64,000 bases of DNA from NCBI GenBank assembly GCA_019057375.1, contig DXJF01000114.1, forward strand, positions 32,001 to 96,000, written 5' to 3'. A program made the position numbers and the translations under genes. Origin of the DNA: Candidatus Heimdallarchaeota archaeon. GTDB lineage: Archaea > Asgardarchaeota > Heimdallarchaeia > Heimdallarchaeales > Heimdallarchaeaceae. A model generated the notes under the pieces. That model worked only from the letters and a program-made list of their open reading frames with translations, was not told the origin of the DNA and searched no databases. Of this stretch, positions 49,466 through 59,829 are shown in pieces (within the stretch, counting starts at the first letter, position 1; each line of letters opens with the position of its first letter).

Positions 49466-50029
49466 ATGTCACAAGATCGTTATTATTCAAAAAAAGACTA
49501 TAAAGGAGATTATTCTGCTTTTGGAGTCGCTATAGTATTCACAATTGTTGGAATTGTTTCTCTCGTTCTCAGATATGCTTATCCAGCTCATGATTTTTGG
49601 GGAATCTCCGGTTGGGGTTACTGGATGTTCGTTCCAGCTTTCTTCATTTTCATAGGTGCCATTGGTCACGTTGATACTGATCGAAGAATGAGAAACAATG
49701 TTCTTGCATCTGTTCAAAATCGAACAGGTTCAATAAGAATAGAAAACTTAGCTGCTGAAACAGGAATAAAACCGCATCATGTACTACGAGTTCTAGTTGA
49801 TTTACGTACTAGAAATCACATAAAGTACAGTTATGACTCTACTACTGGAGAAATTCAATTTGGGGAAACAGTTTCATATGACAAAGCTCCTGAATTTGTT
49901 ACTCCCTTACCTAAAAAACAAGCTGATGTCATTTTTGCTGGGGGGGAATCAACTTTCTGTCCTTATTGCGGTCATAAACCCCCTGTTGGGTCACAATTCT
50001 GTGAAAACTGTGGTTCTAAGCTTACATAG
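49466..50029 (+). CDS. Membrane protein with PCI-like winged helix and C-terminal double zinc ribbon
   Basis: 2 TM; IRIENLAAETGIKPHHVLRVLVDL...YDSTTGEI; CPYCG...CENCG. Confidence 0.6.
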   Translation: MSQDRYYSKKDYKGDYSAFGVAIVFTIVGIVSLVLRYAYPAHDFWGISGWGYWMFVPAFFIFIGAIGHVDTDRRMRNNVLASVQNRTGSIRIENLAAETGIKPHHVLRVLVDLRTRNHIKYSYDSTTGEIQFGETVSYDKAPEFVTPLPKKQADVIFAGGESTFCPYCGHKPPVGSQFCENCGSKLT

Positions 50030-50049
50030 AACCTCTCTTTTTCTTTCTT

Positions 50050-51045
50050 TTATTTTTGAAAAGTTAAATGGATTACATCTTTATCTTTAAGTTCGTAAGT
50101 TATTCCAACTCTTTTTCTTCTTCCATTTGGTCCACCCTCAAGAACTACAGCATCTTTGAATATGTCTATTTTACTTTTGCTTATTTTGTTTACAACATCT
50201 TCAACTATCACTGTATCGTTGTAAAACGCTACAGGTTGATCTTGAATTTCATTAAATGAGTTCATAGTGAATATTCTTACTGGTTTGCTAATTTCAAACA
50301 TGGTTTTCTTTATTTCATCAAGATTATTAACAAACACATTCTTCAAATTGTTATAGGATATAAGGCCTAGATTTTCCTTTTTTACCAAAAAAGTTGGAAT
50401 TCTTCTTGGACTGGTTTGAGCAAAACTATCACCCAACCTTTTCTCGATTAATTCAATATTCTGCTCCTCTAACTCAGATAACACTATTGTAAAATCTTCA
50501 AAAGATTTACCTAGAATTAATAGACAATCTGTAGAGTGTACTAACGCTAGAGTCGATTTGTCGTAAATCCAACCTCCTTCGCTTATTGCAGGAAGCTCTA
50601 CAAGTTGGAATTTTATTCCTTCATATTCTAAGGCACCATATTGTGGTTCTGTTGTGGTGTATTCATAGTCTCCTACAGGGATTTCAGTGCCGCATAGATT
50701 GTTAATCAAAGTACTTTTACCACTATTTGTTGTACCTATTACAAGGATTTGCGGTGTTTCTTTTTTGGTTTTAGTACTTTTTCGAGAAGCTTTTTTTGCT
50801 TGTTCTACCATCTCGATTTCATTTAATTCGCGTCTTAGTTTATCCTTTATTTTCCTATAGTCTCCTACATCCCATTGTATTTCCTTTAGTATTTTTCTGA
50901 TTTCTTTTGCTCTTTCTTCCCCCACTTTTCCTTTTAGAGCATCTTTTATCTCTTCATTAATTACGCTATAGGGTTTAGGCATTGTCCACGACCTGTTTTC
51001 ATTTTGATATGTCTTGTTTGAGTGCTTATTAACTTTCTTTCTCAA
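50050..51045 (-). CDS. Divergent DRG/OBG-family GTPase with TGS-like C-terminus
   Basis: G1 GTTNSGKST, G2 YEYTT, G3 position ELPA, C-terminal VGITYELKDKDVI. Confidence 0.7.
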   Translation of the reverse strand: MRKKVNKHSNKTYQNENRSWTMPKPYSVINEEIKDALKGKVGEERAKEIRKILKEIQWDVGDYRKIKDKLRRELNEIEMVEQAKKASRKSTKTKKETPQILVIGTTNSGKSTLINNLCGTEIPVGDYEYTTTEPQYGALEYEGIKFQLVELPAISEGGWIYDKSTLALVHSTDCLLILGKSFEDFTIVLSELEEQNIELIEKRLGDSFAQTSPRRIPTFLVKKENLGLISYNNLKNVFVNNLDEIKKTMFEISKPVRIFTMNSFNEIQDQPVAFYNDTVIVEDVVNKISKSKIDIFKDAVVLEGGPNGRRKRVGITYELKDKDVIHLTFQK

Positions 51046-51901
51046 TAGCTTCTGAGACTAATCTTTCACTCAATTCCCAAAGATAATCTTGATTTTCTAT
51101 AACTTTAGTCATTTTTGCAGTTTTTGTTTCTTTGCAGTCAGTAAGATATTTTCCAGTTACACCTTCTAAATCATTTGAAGCAGCTACATAAACTGAAGTC
51201 TCTGCACCTTGTTCAGGAGTTCGACGATTAGGTATTAGATTCGACATTGTATTCATCCATTTTGGAAGTCCTTCTGTTGTCAATTGTGTCTTAATATGTC
51301 CCGGATTTACTGTAAATGCTGATACTCCCGTTCCTTCTAATTCTCTTACTAACTTATTGGTAAAGAGAACCATAGCTGTTTTAGAATTACTATAGGCTTG
51401 TTGTCCACTATATCTTTTTTCCAGCAAAGGATCTTTTAGTTTTATTTTGAAGAATTTGTGTATATCAGAAGAGAGATTTACAATCCTAGAGGGAGAACTC
51501 TTCCTCAACAACGGAAGCAAAAGCTTGGTTAGATAGAAGTGAGCTAAATAATTTACTGCAAAAGTGAGTTCAAATCCATCCTCAGTTACAGTTCTCTTCA
51601 TTCGGAAAACTCCCGCATTATTTATCAGAACATGTAAACTTGAGTATTTCTTTAGAAACTCATCAGTAAACTGTTTTACTTCATTTAATGATGATAAATC
51701 ACAGATTAGAAGATCAACATTCTGATTATTAGTTTTTTGAATAATTTCCTTACGAGCTGCTTCTCCTTTTTCTAGATTACGACAAACCATTACTAAATGA
51801 GCTCCTAGAGCAGCTATCTTTCTTGCTGTTTCTTTCCCAATACCTGTATTTGCTCCAGTTATCATGCAAGTTTTCCCATTTATCCAAGAGTTATTCGGCA
51901 C
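51029..51901 (-). CDS. Classical SDR oxidoreductase (retinol dehydrogenase-like)
   Basis: ITGANTGIG, LINNAG, YSNSK. Confidence 0.9.
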   Translation of the reverse strand: MPNNSWINGKTCMITGANTGIGKETARKIAALGAHLVMVCRNLEKGEAARKEIIQKTNNQNVDLLICDLSSLNEVKQFTDEFLKKYSSLHVLINNAGVFRMKRTVTEDGFELTFAVNYLAHFYLTKLLLPLLRKSSPSRIVNLSSDIHKFFKIKLKDPLLEKRYSGQQAYSNSKTAMVLFTNKLVRELEGTGVSAFTVNPGHIKTQLTTEGLPKWMNTMSNLIPNRRTPEQGAETSVYVAASNDLEGVTGKYLTDCKETKTAKMTKVIENQDYLWELSERLVSEAIEKES

Positions 51902-51985
51902 AATATCACATCATAAAATGTTTCTGTACATTTATACCTATACGTTCAAGTAAAAACTTTATCCGAATCTTTTATTAATAACTCA

Positions 51986-53206
51986 ATGTCTACTCTTTTC
52001 ATGAGTTCAGAAAAATCAAAAGTCTATTTCGGTTCTGTTCAACATGGAAGAAATTCCGCTTTTGCTTCTTTTGCTGCAAAGGTTGACAAAATCACAGAAC
52101 TTTTACTTGAAGAAACACCCATTGAGAAGAAGGATAAGGTTGCTGTTAAAATGCACCTTGGTTTCAACGATGGTTATCAAACTGTTCCTGTTTTTTTTGT
52201 TCGTAAAATAGTAGAAGCTGTTAAAAAACGAGGGGGATATCCCTTTGTTACAGATAATCCCACTTCTGTTTATAATGCGGTCAACAGAGGGTACACTCAA
52301 GAGACATGTGGTTGTCCTATTATTCCAATAGCAGGTGTAAAAGATGGTTATACTACTCCTGTAGAAGTTAATTACAAAGGAATAGATACACTAGATCTTG
52401 CTGGAGCTTTGAAAGACGCAGATGTTTTAGTTGATTTGTCCCATGCTAAAGGTCATGGAGCTTGTGGTTATGGTGGTGCAATCAAAAATCTAGCCCTTGG
52501 TGGTTATTCAGGTCCAACCCGTTGGAGAAAAATCCATGGGGCATCCCACGTTGATGAATATTGGGACAAAGCTAAAGGCAATCCAGAACTAGCAAAGAAG
52601 CTTGTTGAATCATGTCCTTACGGTGCCCTTCGATATGATGAAGAAAAGGATGACCTCAAAAGAAATTATCACGACTGTCGCCAATGTATGACCTGTTTAC
52701 AAGTTGATGGAGGTCTAGGAGCCGTTAAACTTCCACGTGAAAGCTATACTGCATTTAATGAAATGATGGCAATAGCAACAAATGAAGTACTGAAAACCTT
52801 TGATCCTGCTAAAGTTATGTATATCAATTTCTTGACACAGATAACAATTTATTGTGATTGCATGGGCCTAGGCCAGCCACCATTCATAAATGACATTGGT
52901 GTTGTTGGCAGCAAGGATATTGTTGCAGTTGAAACAGCCACACTTGATTTAATCAAAAAGGAAAAGATAATAGAGAAAAACATTCCTCCTTACTTCAAAC
53001 ATGTCAATCTCGATCCAAATGAAGATCTTCACCCATTCACAAGAGTTCATGGACCATACAAAGATCCTTACGAAACGGTTGTTTTCGCAGAAAAATTGGG
53101 CTTGGGTACTTCCAAGTATGAATTAATTGAAATCTTATCTGCTGAAGAAACTATGAAGATGAAAACCCCAGAAAGAGTCTACGAAGGTGAACCAACTTTC
53201 TTTTAA
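51986..53206 (+). CDS. DUF362 Fe-S protein
   Basis: VAVKMHLG, SHAKGH, YGGAIKNL, CPYGA/CRQCMTC, ASKD-like GSKDIVAVE. Confidence 0.82.
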   Translation: MSTLFMSSEKSKVYFGSVQHGRNSAFASFAAKVDKITELLLEETPIEKKDKVAVKMHLGFNDGYQTVPVFFVRKIVEAVKKRGGYPFVTDNPTSVYNAVNRGYTQETCGCPIIPIAGVKDGYTTPVEVNYKGIDTLDLAGALKDADVLVDLSHAKGHGACGYGGAIKNLALGGYSGPTRWRKIHGASHVDEYWDKAKGNPELAKKLVESCPYGALRYDEEKDDLKRNYHDCRQCMTCLQVDGGLGAVKLPRESYTAFNEMMAIATNEVLKTFDPAKVMYINFLTQITIYCDCMGLGQPPFINDIGVVGSKDIVAVETATLDLIKKEKIIEKNIPPYFKHVNLDPNEDLHPFTRVHGPYKDPYETVVFAEKLGLGTSKYELIEILSAEETMKMKTPERVYEGEPTFF

Positions 53207-53310
53207 ACATGAAATCGCTTCTCTTTCTTTTTTTCTCCTTTTATTGTAATATTTGAAATAGCGAATAAATAAATAATTCATTTAATGAAAAGCCTAAAAT
53301 AGATTTGGAT

Positions 53311-53724
53311 TTAGTTGAAAATTTCATCATTAATCCAATTATTGAATAAATCTTTGAAGTGTTCTAAGGATTTTTGAACAATAGAATAATGTGTAAATTT
53401 ACCCTTCTTCCAACCTTTAATCAAATTTAGATTTTCAAGGATTTTAAGGTGATAGGATATATTAGATTGACTTTTTCCTAATATGGCCTCTAATTCGCAT
53501 ACACATCGATCCTTTTCCATTAAGATTCTAAGAATTAAAATCCTATCAACATGAGAAAAAGCTTCCAATAATTTTGATAAGCTAGCAAGGTATGATTCAT
53601 TTAATATTTTCTTTCCGTATTCTGTTATTTTATCATAATATGCACTTGCATCTTCGATATCTTCACATTTTGCTAGTGTTGTGATTAATTCCATCTCTTT
53701 TTTACTATACTCCATACATTTCAC
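53311..53724 (-). CDS. arsR: ArsR/SmtB-family repressor
   Basis: RILIL, CVCEL, SQSNISYHLKIL; divergent from acr3. Confidence 0.85.
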   Translation of the reverse strand: MKCMEYSKKEMELITTLAKCEDIEDASAYYDKITEYGKKILNESYLASLSKLLEAFSHVDRILILRILMEKDRCVCELEAILGKSQSNISYHLKILENLNLIKGWKKGKFTHYSIVQKSLEHFKDLFNNWINDEIFN

Positions 53725-53834
53725 ATTACTTCAACTATATTAATAAACTATTTATCAGACATTTATACATCAAAAGTTTTTAATATGAACCAACTATCAT
53801 TGATGTATAAAAAATTTCTGGCATGTGAAGAGAT

Positions 53835-54899
53835 TTGAGTAACAGTGTTGAAACTAATCAAATTGAGGAAGATACTAAAAAGAATAAAGGACTTGGTTTA
53901 TTTGAAAAATTATTACCAATTTGGATTGTAATTTGTATGGCAGCAGGTATTCTGCTATCTCTATATGCACCAGGAATTGCAGAAACTATTGATAGTTGGC
54001 AAGTTAGGGGAATATCAATACCAATAGGGATATGTCTCTTTTTTATGATGTATCCTGCAATGCTGAATCTTAAAGCTTCAGAATTAAAGAAGCTAGCAAA
54101 GAATCCTAAACCAATTATCCTAACTTTAATATCAAATTGGATAATTGCACCTTTTGTAGGGTGGGGGCTTGCTAGATTATTCCTTCCTGGAAATGAACAA
54201 TTAATGTTTGCAATAATTCTTTTATCTTCTAGTCCTTGCACAGCCATGGTTCTGGTTTGGGGTTATTTAGCTGATGGAAACCAAGAACAAAATGTGATTA
54301 CTACAAGTCTTAACACTATAACTATAATTATAGGATATGTCCCTATGGTTGTATTACTATCTGGAATTTCAAACATATCCATAGATGTTATCGCACTTAT
54401 CGTATCAGTATCGGTTTTCATCGGAATTCCACTCATATTAGGCATTATCAGTAAAGCATTGATTATAAAAACAAAAGGAGAGGAATGGTTTAAAAACAAA
54501 TATATTCCAATAGTTAGCAAAATTTCAATAGTTGCTTTACTCACGACTCTAGTCGTTCTGTTTTCATTAAATGGAAATGTGATGATAACTAATTTCAACT
54601 TACTATTACTAGTATCAATACCATTATTGTTAGGTTTCATTATAGTGGTTGGTTACAATTTACTTGTTACCCGATTTACAAAATTAGCTTACAAAGAAGG
54701 TGTAATTACTGTAATTATTGGATCATCAAGTCATTTTGAAATTGCTATTGCAACATCTATTGCCATTTATGGAGTCGGTTCAGTAGCCGCTCTAGGTACT
54801 ACAATGGGGTTATTTTGGGAGATACCAGTCATGGTTGGTTTAGTATATCTCGCTAAATTTCTTAAAAAGAAAAATTGGTGGAAAGGAACGCCAATTTGA
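53835..54899 (+). CDS. acr3: Acr3 arsenite efflux transporter
   Basis: MMYPAM, SNWIIAP, SPCTAMVLVW, SSHFEIAIA. Confidence 0.92.
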   Translation: MSNSVETNQIEEDTKKNKGLGLFEKLLPIWIVICMAAGILLSLYAPGIAETIDSWQVRGISIPIGICLFFMMYPAMLNLKASELKKLAKNPKPIILTLISNWIIAPFVGWGLARLFLPGNEQLMFAIILLSSSPCTAMVLVWGYLADGNQEQNVITTSLNTITIIIGYVPMVVLLSGISNISIDVIALIVSVSVFIGIPLILGIISKALIIKTKGEEWFKNKYIPIVSKISIVALLTTLVVLFSLNGNVMITNFNLLLLVSIPLLLGFIIVVGYNLLVTRFTKLAYKEGVITVIIGSSSHFEIAIATSIAIYGVGSVAALGTTMGLFWEIPVMVGLVYLAKFLKKKNWWKGTPI

Positions 54900-54902
54900 T
54901 TT

Positions 54903-55286
54903 TTATTTTTCCTTTTTCTTTCCAAGCCATGTTGCAATTAAATCAGTTATAGGACCATAAGCTATACCTGCCGCAAAGGTTGTAAAGCCGAAATGAGGAT
55001 CCATTAGCAGAACAGCTGCAGAAGTAATTAAACCAAAAATTGTTCCTCTAATTCCAGCATTTAACCATTTTTGCCATTGTTCTCCTTTGATAATTGTTAT
55101 TCCATCAGCTAATCCAATGAGCATTCCTAAAACAACTCTCATTGCCCAAATACCCATAAGGTAAACAATATTTTCAGCATAAGTTCCAAGAATACGCTGT
55201 CCCACACCAATTATACAAGCTACTCCTAATATAGCGCCAGTAAGTGTAGATATCCAAAGACGTTTGTAATTAACCATTTTTCTCAA
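54903..55286 (-). CDS. Hypothetical membrane protein (about 4 TM)
   Basis: Gly-rich hydrophobic helices. Confidence 0.6.
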   Translation of the reverse strand: MRKMVNYKRLWISTLTGAILGVACIIGVGQRILGTYAENIVYLMGIWAMRVVLGMLIGLADGITIIKGEQWQKWLNAGIRGTIFGLITSAAVLLMDPHFGFTTFAAGIAYGPITDLIATWLGKKKEK

Positions 55287-55396
55287 CTTTACTTTATTGA
55301 AAGTAGCATAAAAATTCTACGTATAGACAAGAGTTTACAAAAGAGCTTGCAAGTCACATCGAATATTTTTTAAATCTTCATTACACTTTTGACCAA

Positions 55397-56335
55397 GTGA
55401 GCAAAATGGATTTGAAAGGTAGATCACTTCTATCATTAGAGGATTTCACAGCAGATGAAATCCGTTTTCTTCTAGATGAATCTAAACGTTTGAAAGCTGA
55501 TTTTAAGGCCTATAAAAGAACTAAACCACTTTCTGGTTTAACTTTGGGGATGATTTTCCAGAAACGTTCAACTCGTACTAGAGTTTCAACAGAGGTTGCA
55601 ATGTATAACCTAGGAGGGCATGCAATTTTCCTGAGTTCAGCAGATATTCAACTAGGTGCCGGTGAATCTATTAAGGACACATCCCGTGTTCTTGCAAGAA
55701 TGGTTGACGGCATACTTGCGCGAGTTTATGCACATGAAGATGTTGCAGAGTTAGCTAAACATTCTACTGTTCCAGTTATCAATGCACTCTCAGATAAATA
55801 CCATCCTCTCCAGATTCTTGCTGATCTTCTTACTATTGAAGAACACAAAGGCAAGCTAGCTGGTTTAAAGCTTGCTTGGGTTGGTGATGGAAATAATGTT
55901 TGTAATTCATTATTAATTGGATGTGCAAAGATGGGTTTAGACGTGTCAGTTGCTACACCAAAAGGTTACGAGCCACCTAGTGATATTGTGGGAAATGCTG
56001 AACATCATGCAGAGGAAACTGGTGCCGAAATCATAATAACCAATGATGCTATTGCAGCAGTAACAAATGCAGATGTTGTTGTAACTGATACATTCATCTC
56101 TATGGGAGAAGAAAAGGAAGCTACAGCTAAGCTCAAAGCTTTCGAGAACTATGTTATTACAGAGGAACTATGTACTAACGCTAAATCCGATTATCTTTTT
56201 ATGCACTGTTTACCCTACAAACATAAAGAAGCAACAGAAGAAGTCTTTGAAAGTAGTAATAGTGTAGTGTTTGATGAAGCTGAAAATAGATTACATACTG
56301 TTATGGCTGTTCTAAATGCATTAATGGGGAGTTAA
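55397..56335 (+). CDS. argF: Ornithine carbamoyltransferase
   Basis: STRTR, HPLQ, WVGDGNN, TDTFISMG, HCLP, EAENR. Confidence 0.95.
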   Translation: MSKMDLKGRSLLSLEDFTADEIRFLLDESKRLKADFKAYKRTKPLSGLTLGMIFQKRSTRTRVSTEVAMYNLGGHAIFLSSADIQLGAGESIKDTSRVLARMVDGILARVYAHEDVAELAKHSTVPVINALSDKYHPLQILADLLTIEEHKGKLAGLKLAWVGDGNNVCNSLLIGCAKMGLDVSVATPKGYEPPSDIVGNAEHHAEETGAEIIITNDAIAAVTNADVVVTDTFISMGEEKEATAKLKAFENYVITEELCTNAKSDYLFMHCLPYKHKEATEEVFESSNSVVFDEAENRLHTVMAVLNALMGS

Positions 56336-56452
56336 AATTCTCCCCTTTTCCTTATTTTCTTGAAAATATTCCTAAAAACTATGATTTATTCAACCTCTTA
56401 CCCTGTTTTTTAGATTGCTAACTTTTCAAAACAGAATTCAAGTTGAGATGGA

Positions 56453-56509
56453 GGAAGCTAGCAAAAAGTGCTTTTATGAGAATTATGTTAACGTGGTCTT
56501 GCTAGCCTC
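56453..56509. repeat. Third, more divergent GAAGCTAGC...GCTAGC(C)TC element
   Basis: Terminal inverted motif only; the internal blocks of copies 1 and 2 are not evident. Confidence 0.35.
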
Positions 56510-56562
56510 AACTTAATAATATTGACAATTGTTTAAAAACCCAAAAAAAAGTGAGATATAAA

Positions 56563-56745
56563 TCAACCAAAGAGGTTTTCAAAAGAAACTTGGGACCAGT
56601 CTATTAAACTCATTATAATACCGAAGATAATTGCAAAAATGAGTATGGCTATACCAATTAGTAAGATCTCCTCTAAGATAGGACCACCTTTTTTATTCTT
56701 CAATCTTAAACTTTTCAACATTCGAAAGATTAACATTTTAGTCAA
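56563..56745 (-). CDS. Small type IV pilin-like protein with class III signal peptide
   Basis: Basic leader KNKKG, then GPILE (+5 Glu) and a long hydrophobic helix. Confidence 0.6.
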   Translation of the reverse strand: MTKMLIFRMLKSLRLKNKKGGPILEEILLIGIAILIFAIIFGIIMSLIDWSQVSFENLFG

Positions 56746-56822
56746 AAGTTGTACTCAAGGTCAATATTTAAACTCAACAAAAATATAGAGAGAAAAGAAT
56801 GAAGCTTTCAAGGCATTCTATG

Positions 56823-57707
56823 TCATGAAGTAACAATCTGTAATTCTGTTTCCACAATTTCTTTTTCTGATGGAATCTCTCTATCGGTTGTATATTTCCC
56901 AACAATTATCTGTGATGCAATACCTGAAACAACCTTCTTTTTGAATTTCTTAGATCGTTTTGTTATCCAGATTAATGGTCTAAACATTTTTGGCAGTATG
57001 AGGTTTTCTTTTGGTTTTAGTATAAGTTTAACAATTTCTTTAGCCAATTTTGCAACTTCATAACCTTTGAACGATGCTTTTCCAATATTCGCCACTTGAT
57101 TAAACTCAGTATTATAGGGTCCAGGTAAAACAGTTGAAACCAATATTCCATACTCTTTCAATTCTTCTCTTATACAATCATCAAATGTTTTTACAGCAGA
57201 TTTGGTGGCAGAGTAAACAGCGAATGGATATGTAGGAAGCATTGCCAAAGTAGAAGATAAATTGATAATGTGTCCATGACCTTGTTCTTTCATCACTTTT
57301 GCAGCTTTTTGAGTTAGTTTGATTAAAGAAATAACATTTGTATCTATTAGTTCATTAATTTCTTCCTCAGGTTGTTCTAGAAACAGATTTACTTTTCCTA
57401 ATCCCGCATTATTAATGAAAACATCAATTGAACCAAAGGCTGTTATTGAAAAATCTATAATTCTATTTCTATCATCACTGTCTCTAACATCAGCTGTTAC
57501 TGGTAATACTTTCAGACCTAGTCTTCTCAGATCCTTTGTTGTCTGCATTAATTTCTTCTTTCTTCTTGCTACAATTACTATTTTTGGTTTGTGTGCAGCC
57601 AAAGCAAGTGATACTGCTTTTCCTATCCCAGAAGAAGCTCCTGTGATAATCACCACTTTATCTCGAATAGGAGAATCCTTTACCCCTTTTACCCTAATAT
57701 TATGCAT
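56823..57707 (-). CDS. Classical SDR oxidoreductase
   Basis: ITGASSGIG, INNAG, YSATK. Confidence 0.92.
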   Translation of the reverse strand: MHNIRVKGVKDSPIRDKVVIITGASSGIGKAVSLALAAHKPKIVIVARRKKKLMQTTKDLRRLGLKVLPVTADVRDSDDRNRIIDFSITAFGSIDVFINNAGLGKVNLFLEQPEEEINELIDTNVISLIKLTQKAAKVMKEQGHGHIINLSSTLAMLPTYPFAVYSATKSAVKTFDDCIREELKEYGILVSTVLPGPYNTEFNQVANIGKASFKGYEVAKLAKEIVKLILKPKENLILPKMFRPLIWITKRSKKFKKKVVSGIASQIIVGKYTTDREIPSEKEIVETELQIVTS

Positions 57708-57800
57708 AATATCAGTAATGTTTCTAAAAAATTCTATAAAAACCCAAAAAATACACTTAAAGGGTCAATGATACAGAAATCGATCAGTATTTTCAAGATT

Positions 57801-58655
57801 TTAAATGAATATGTGCTCTTTTCCCAAATTTTCCAGCATTTTTATTGCATTCTTTCTTTGTTCTGATCTTGCTCCCTTCTTATCTATCAATGCTCCAACA
57901 GGTGATTCAATTGTTTTTTCGAACGCTTGTTTTAGAACATCTTCTGTTAAATCATCCAAAGAATGTTTAGCAGCTATGTGACTAATAAAGACATCTGGAT
58001 TTTCCATCAGATATTTATGAAAACGGTAAGCATAATGATTTCCCCCTATTCCAATATAACTTAGATTATCAATATTTTCTCGATGTATGAAGCCTTGAGC
58101 TGTCTCGAGTATGGCTTCAGCCACAGCTATAGCACCGGTTTCATGTACCCAATATTCTTCGCTACTACCAAGTTCCATGAAAATAAGAGGAGTTGTTAAT
58201 TCTGTAGGACCATGATGAGTAACTTCTAAGTCTACCTTGAATTCATCTAGTTTGAATTCTTCCTGTTTCTCTTTTAGTTTCTTCAATCCATAGTTCAAAG
58301 CCCAGCTTGAAGTGTAAGAAAGTTCAGATTCTCTCCCCGCCAAAGTGATTTTTGACCAATTTCCAGTAGGGTGTATTAATAATGCCGGTGTTCCAGAAGC
58401 TGCTCTATGTCTACTAGCAAATATGTATAATTCGGCATTCACTCCTCTATCCAGATGACATGATTCTACACCATCCCTCTTTGTATGGATTAATTTTATT
58501 TCATTGGGGTTTTGTTTAAGCGAATAGACAGGAATGTTATCAAAACTTTCGTCTGTTTCTTTGAAGAATGATTGCTGATTCAAAACGTGCCATATTGTTT
58601 GAGCTGCTTGATCTTTTTCAGGAACTATTATGGCTACTTTTGTATTTATGGTCAA
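57801..58655 (-). CDS. dtdA: Archaeal D-aminoacyl-tRNA deacylase (DTD2)
   Basis: FASRH, LLIHPTGN, LEVTHHGPT, FMELGS, GIGGNHY. Confidence 0.9.
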   Translation of the reverse strand: MTINTKVAIIVPEKDQAAQTIWHVLNQQSFFKETDESFDNIPVYSLKQNPNEIKLIHTKRDGVESCHLDRGVNAELYIFASRHRAASGTPALLIHPTGNWSKITLAGRESELSYTSSWALNYGLKKLKEKQEEFKLDEFKVDLEVTHHGPTELTTPLIFMELGSSEEYWVHETGAIAVAEAILETAQGFIHRENIDNLSYIGIGGNHYAYRFHKYLMENPDVFISHIAAKHSLDDLTEDVLKQAFEKTIESPVGALIDKKGARSEQRKNAIKMLENLGKEHIFI

Positions 58656-58725
58656 AAATCACACTTCTTTCTATGTTAAGAAAAAGCAGCTAAAGTGCTA
58701 TAAAAATCTAGAGTAAGATAGAAAA

Positions 58726-59766
58726 TCATTCATTATAAAACACTTGATAGATAGTGTCGTTGGTTTTCTTTACAGCTGTGAGCTCATTAAGCTTAAAATT
58801 TATTTCTTGTTTTGTTTTAACAGGAAAATCATAAAATTCGTTTCTATACTTAAGTTCTCCATGTTTTTGAGCATGTTCAATCATGTAATCCTTATGTTCT
58901 TCTAATCGATTATGATTGTATTTATTGGCATAAGTTACTATGTCTTTTATTCTTCCATCGATTATTTCGTTGAAATTAGTAGCAATTTCAACTCCAATAC
59001 TATTTCTTTCTAAAGCCATAGCAGCTAGCATGGTGGTTCCTGTTCCTAGAAAAGGATCTAACACAATATCATGTTTTAAGGAATACATATTTATTAGACG
59101 ATAAGCTAACTCAAAAGGAAAAGCTGCGCTTCTTTCTCGTGTATTGTTCTGTTTTAACGCTTGGTGGACACCTTTGAGATCCCAAACATCAGAGAACCAT
59201 TTATTCCTTTCTTCCCAGAAATATGAGCTATCAATTCGCTTTTTCTTCTCAATGTCTGTTTTGAATTCCCTTTTACCGCCTTTACGAAGAACAAGAATAT
59301 ATTCGTGTTCCAGAGTTACATATCCTCCAGGGGGTAACATACCCGACCCCATGAATTTGTTAGGGGCATTTGTTAGTTTTGCCCAAATGATGAGCGGAAG
59401 ACATTGAAAACCTATTTTACAACAATGAGAAATAATTCTAGAATGAGATGCATACAGTTTGAAATCATTTCCAATACTTCTAGTCGTATCTCCAACGTTA
59501 ATGCATGCAATTCCATTAGTTTTCAGTATTCTGAAAGCTTCATTCCACACTTTATCTAGTTCCTGATGCATTAATTCAAAAGCTAGATTTCCATCTTCTT
59601 CTTCTAATGCTACACCTATGTCGGGATTTAGCTGAGAAAAAACATGATCCCATATTTGAACAAGTGGGTACATTGGGCTTGTGAGAATAAGGTCAACAGA
59701 TTCATCTTCTAGAGTCCTCAAATTTTGTGCATTCTGGAAGTAAATCTTATGAGTTGTCTCTGACAT
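58726..59766 (-). CDS. Orphan beta-class N4-C/N6-A DNA methyltransferase
   Basis: Motif IV TSPMY near the N-terminus, motif I VLDPFLGTGTT near the C-terminus, KFMGSGMLP..YVTLEHEYIL; no neighbouring endonuclease. Confidence 0.88.
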   Translation of the reverse strand: MSETTHKIYFQNAQNLRTLEDESVDLILTSPMYPLVQIWDHVFSQLNPDIGVALEEEDGNLAFELMHQELDKVWNEAFRILKTNGIACINVGDTTRSIGNDFKLYASHSRIISHCCKIGFQCLPLIIWAKLTNAPNKFMGSGMLPPGGYVTLEHEYILVLRKGGKREFKTDIEKKKRIDSSYFWEERNKWFSDVWDLKGVHQALKQNNTRERSAAFPFELAYRLINMYSLKHDIVLDPFLGTGTTMLAAMALERNSIGVEIATNFNEIIDGRIKDIVTYANKYNHNRLEEHKDYMIEHAQKHGELKYRNEFYDFPVKTKQEINFKLNELTAVKKTNDTIYQVFYNE

Positions 59767-59829
59767 GCTTTCCCCTTTGTTTATGCTATAAGTATAATAT
59801 ATTAATTAATTGGATATTAAATACTAAAA

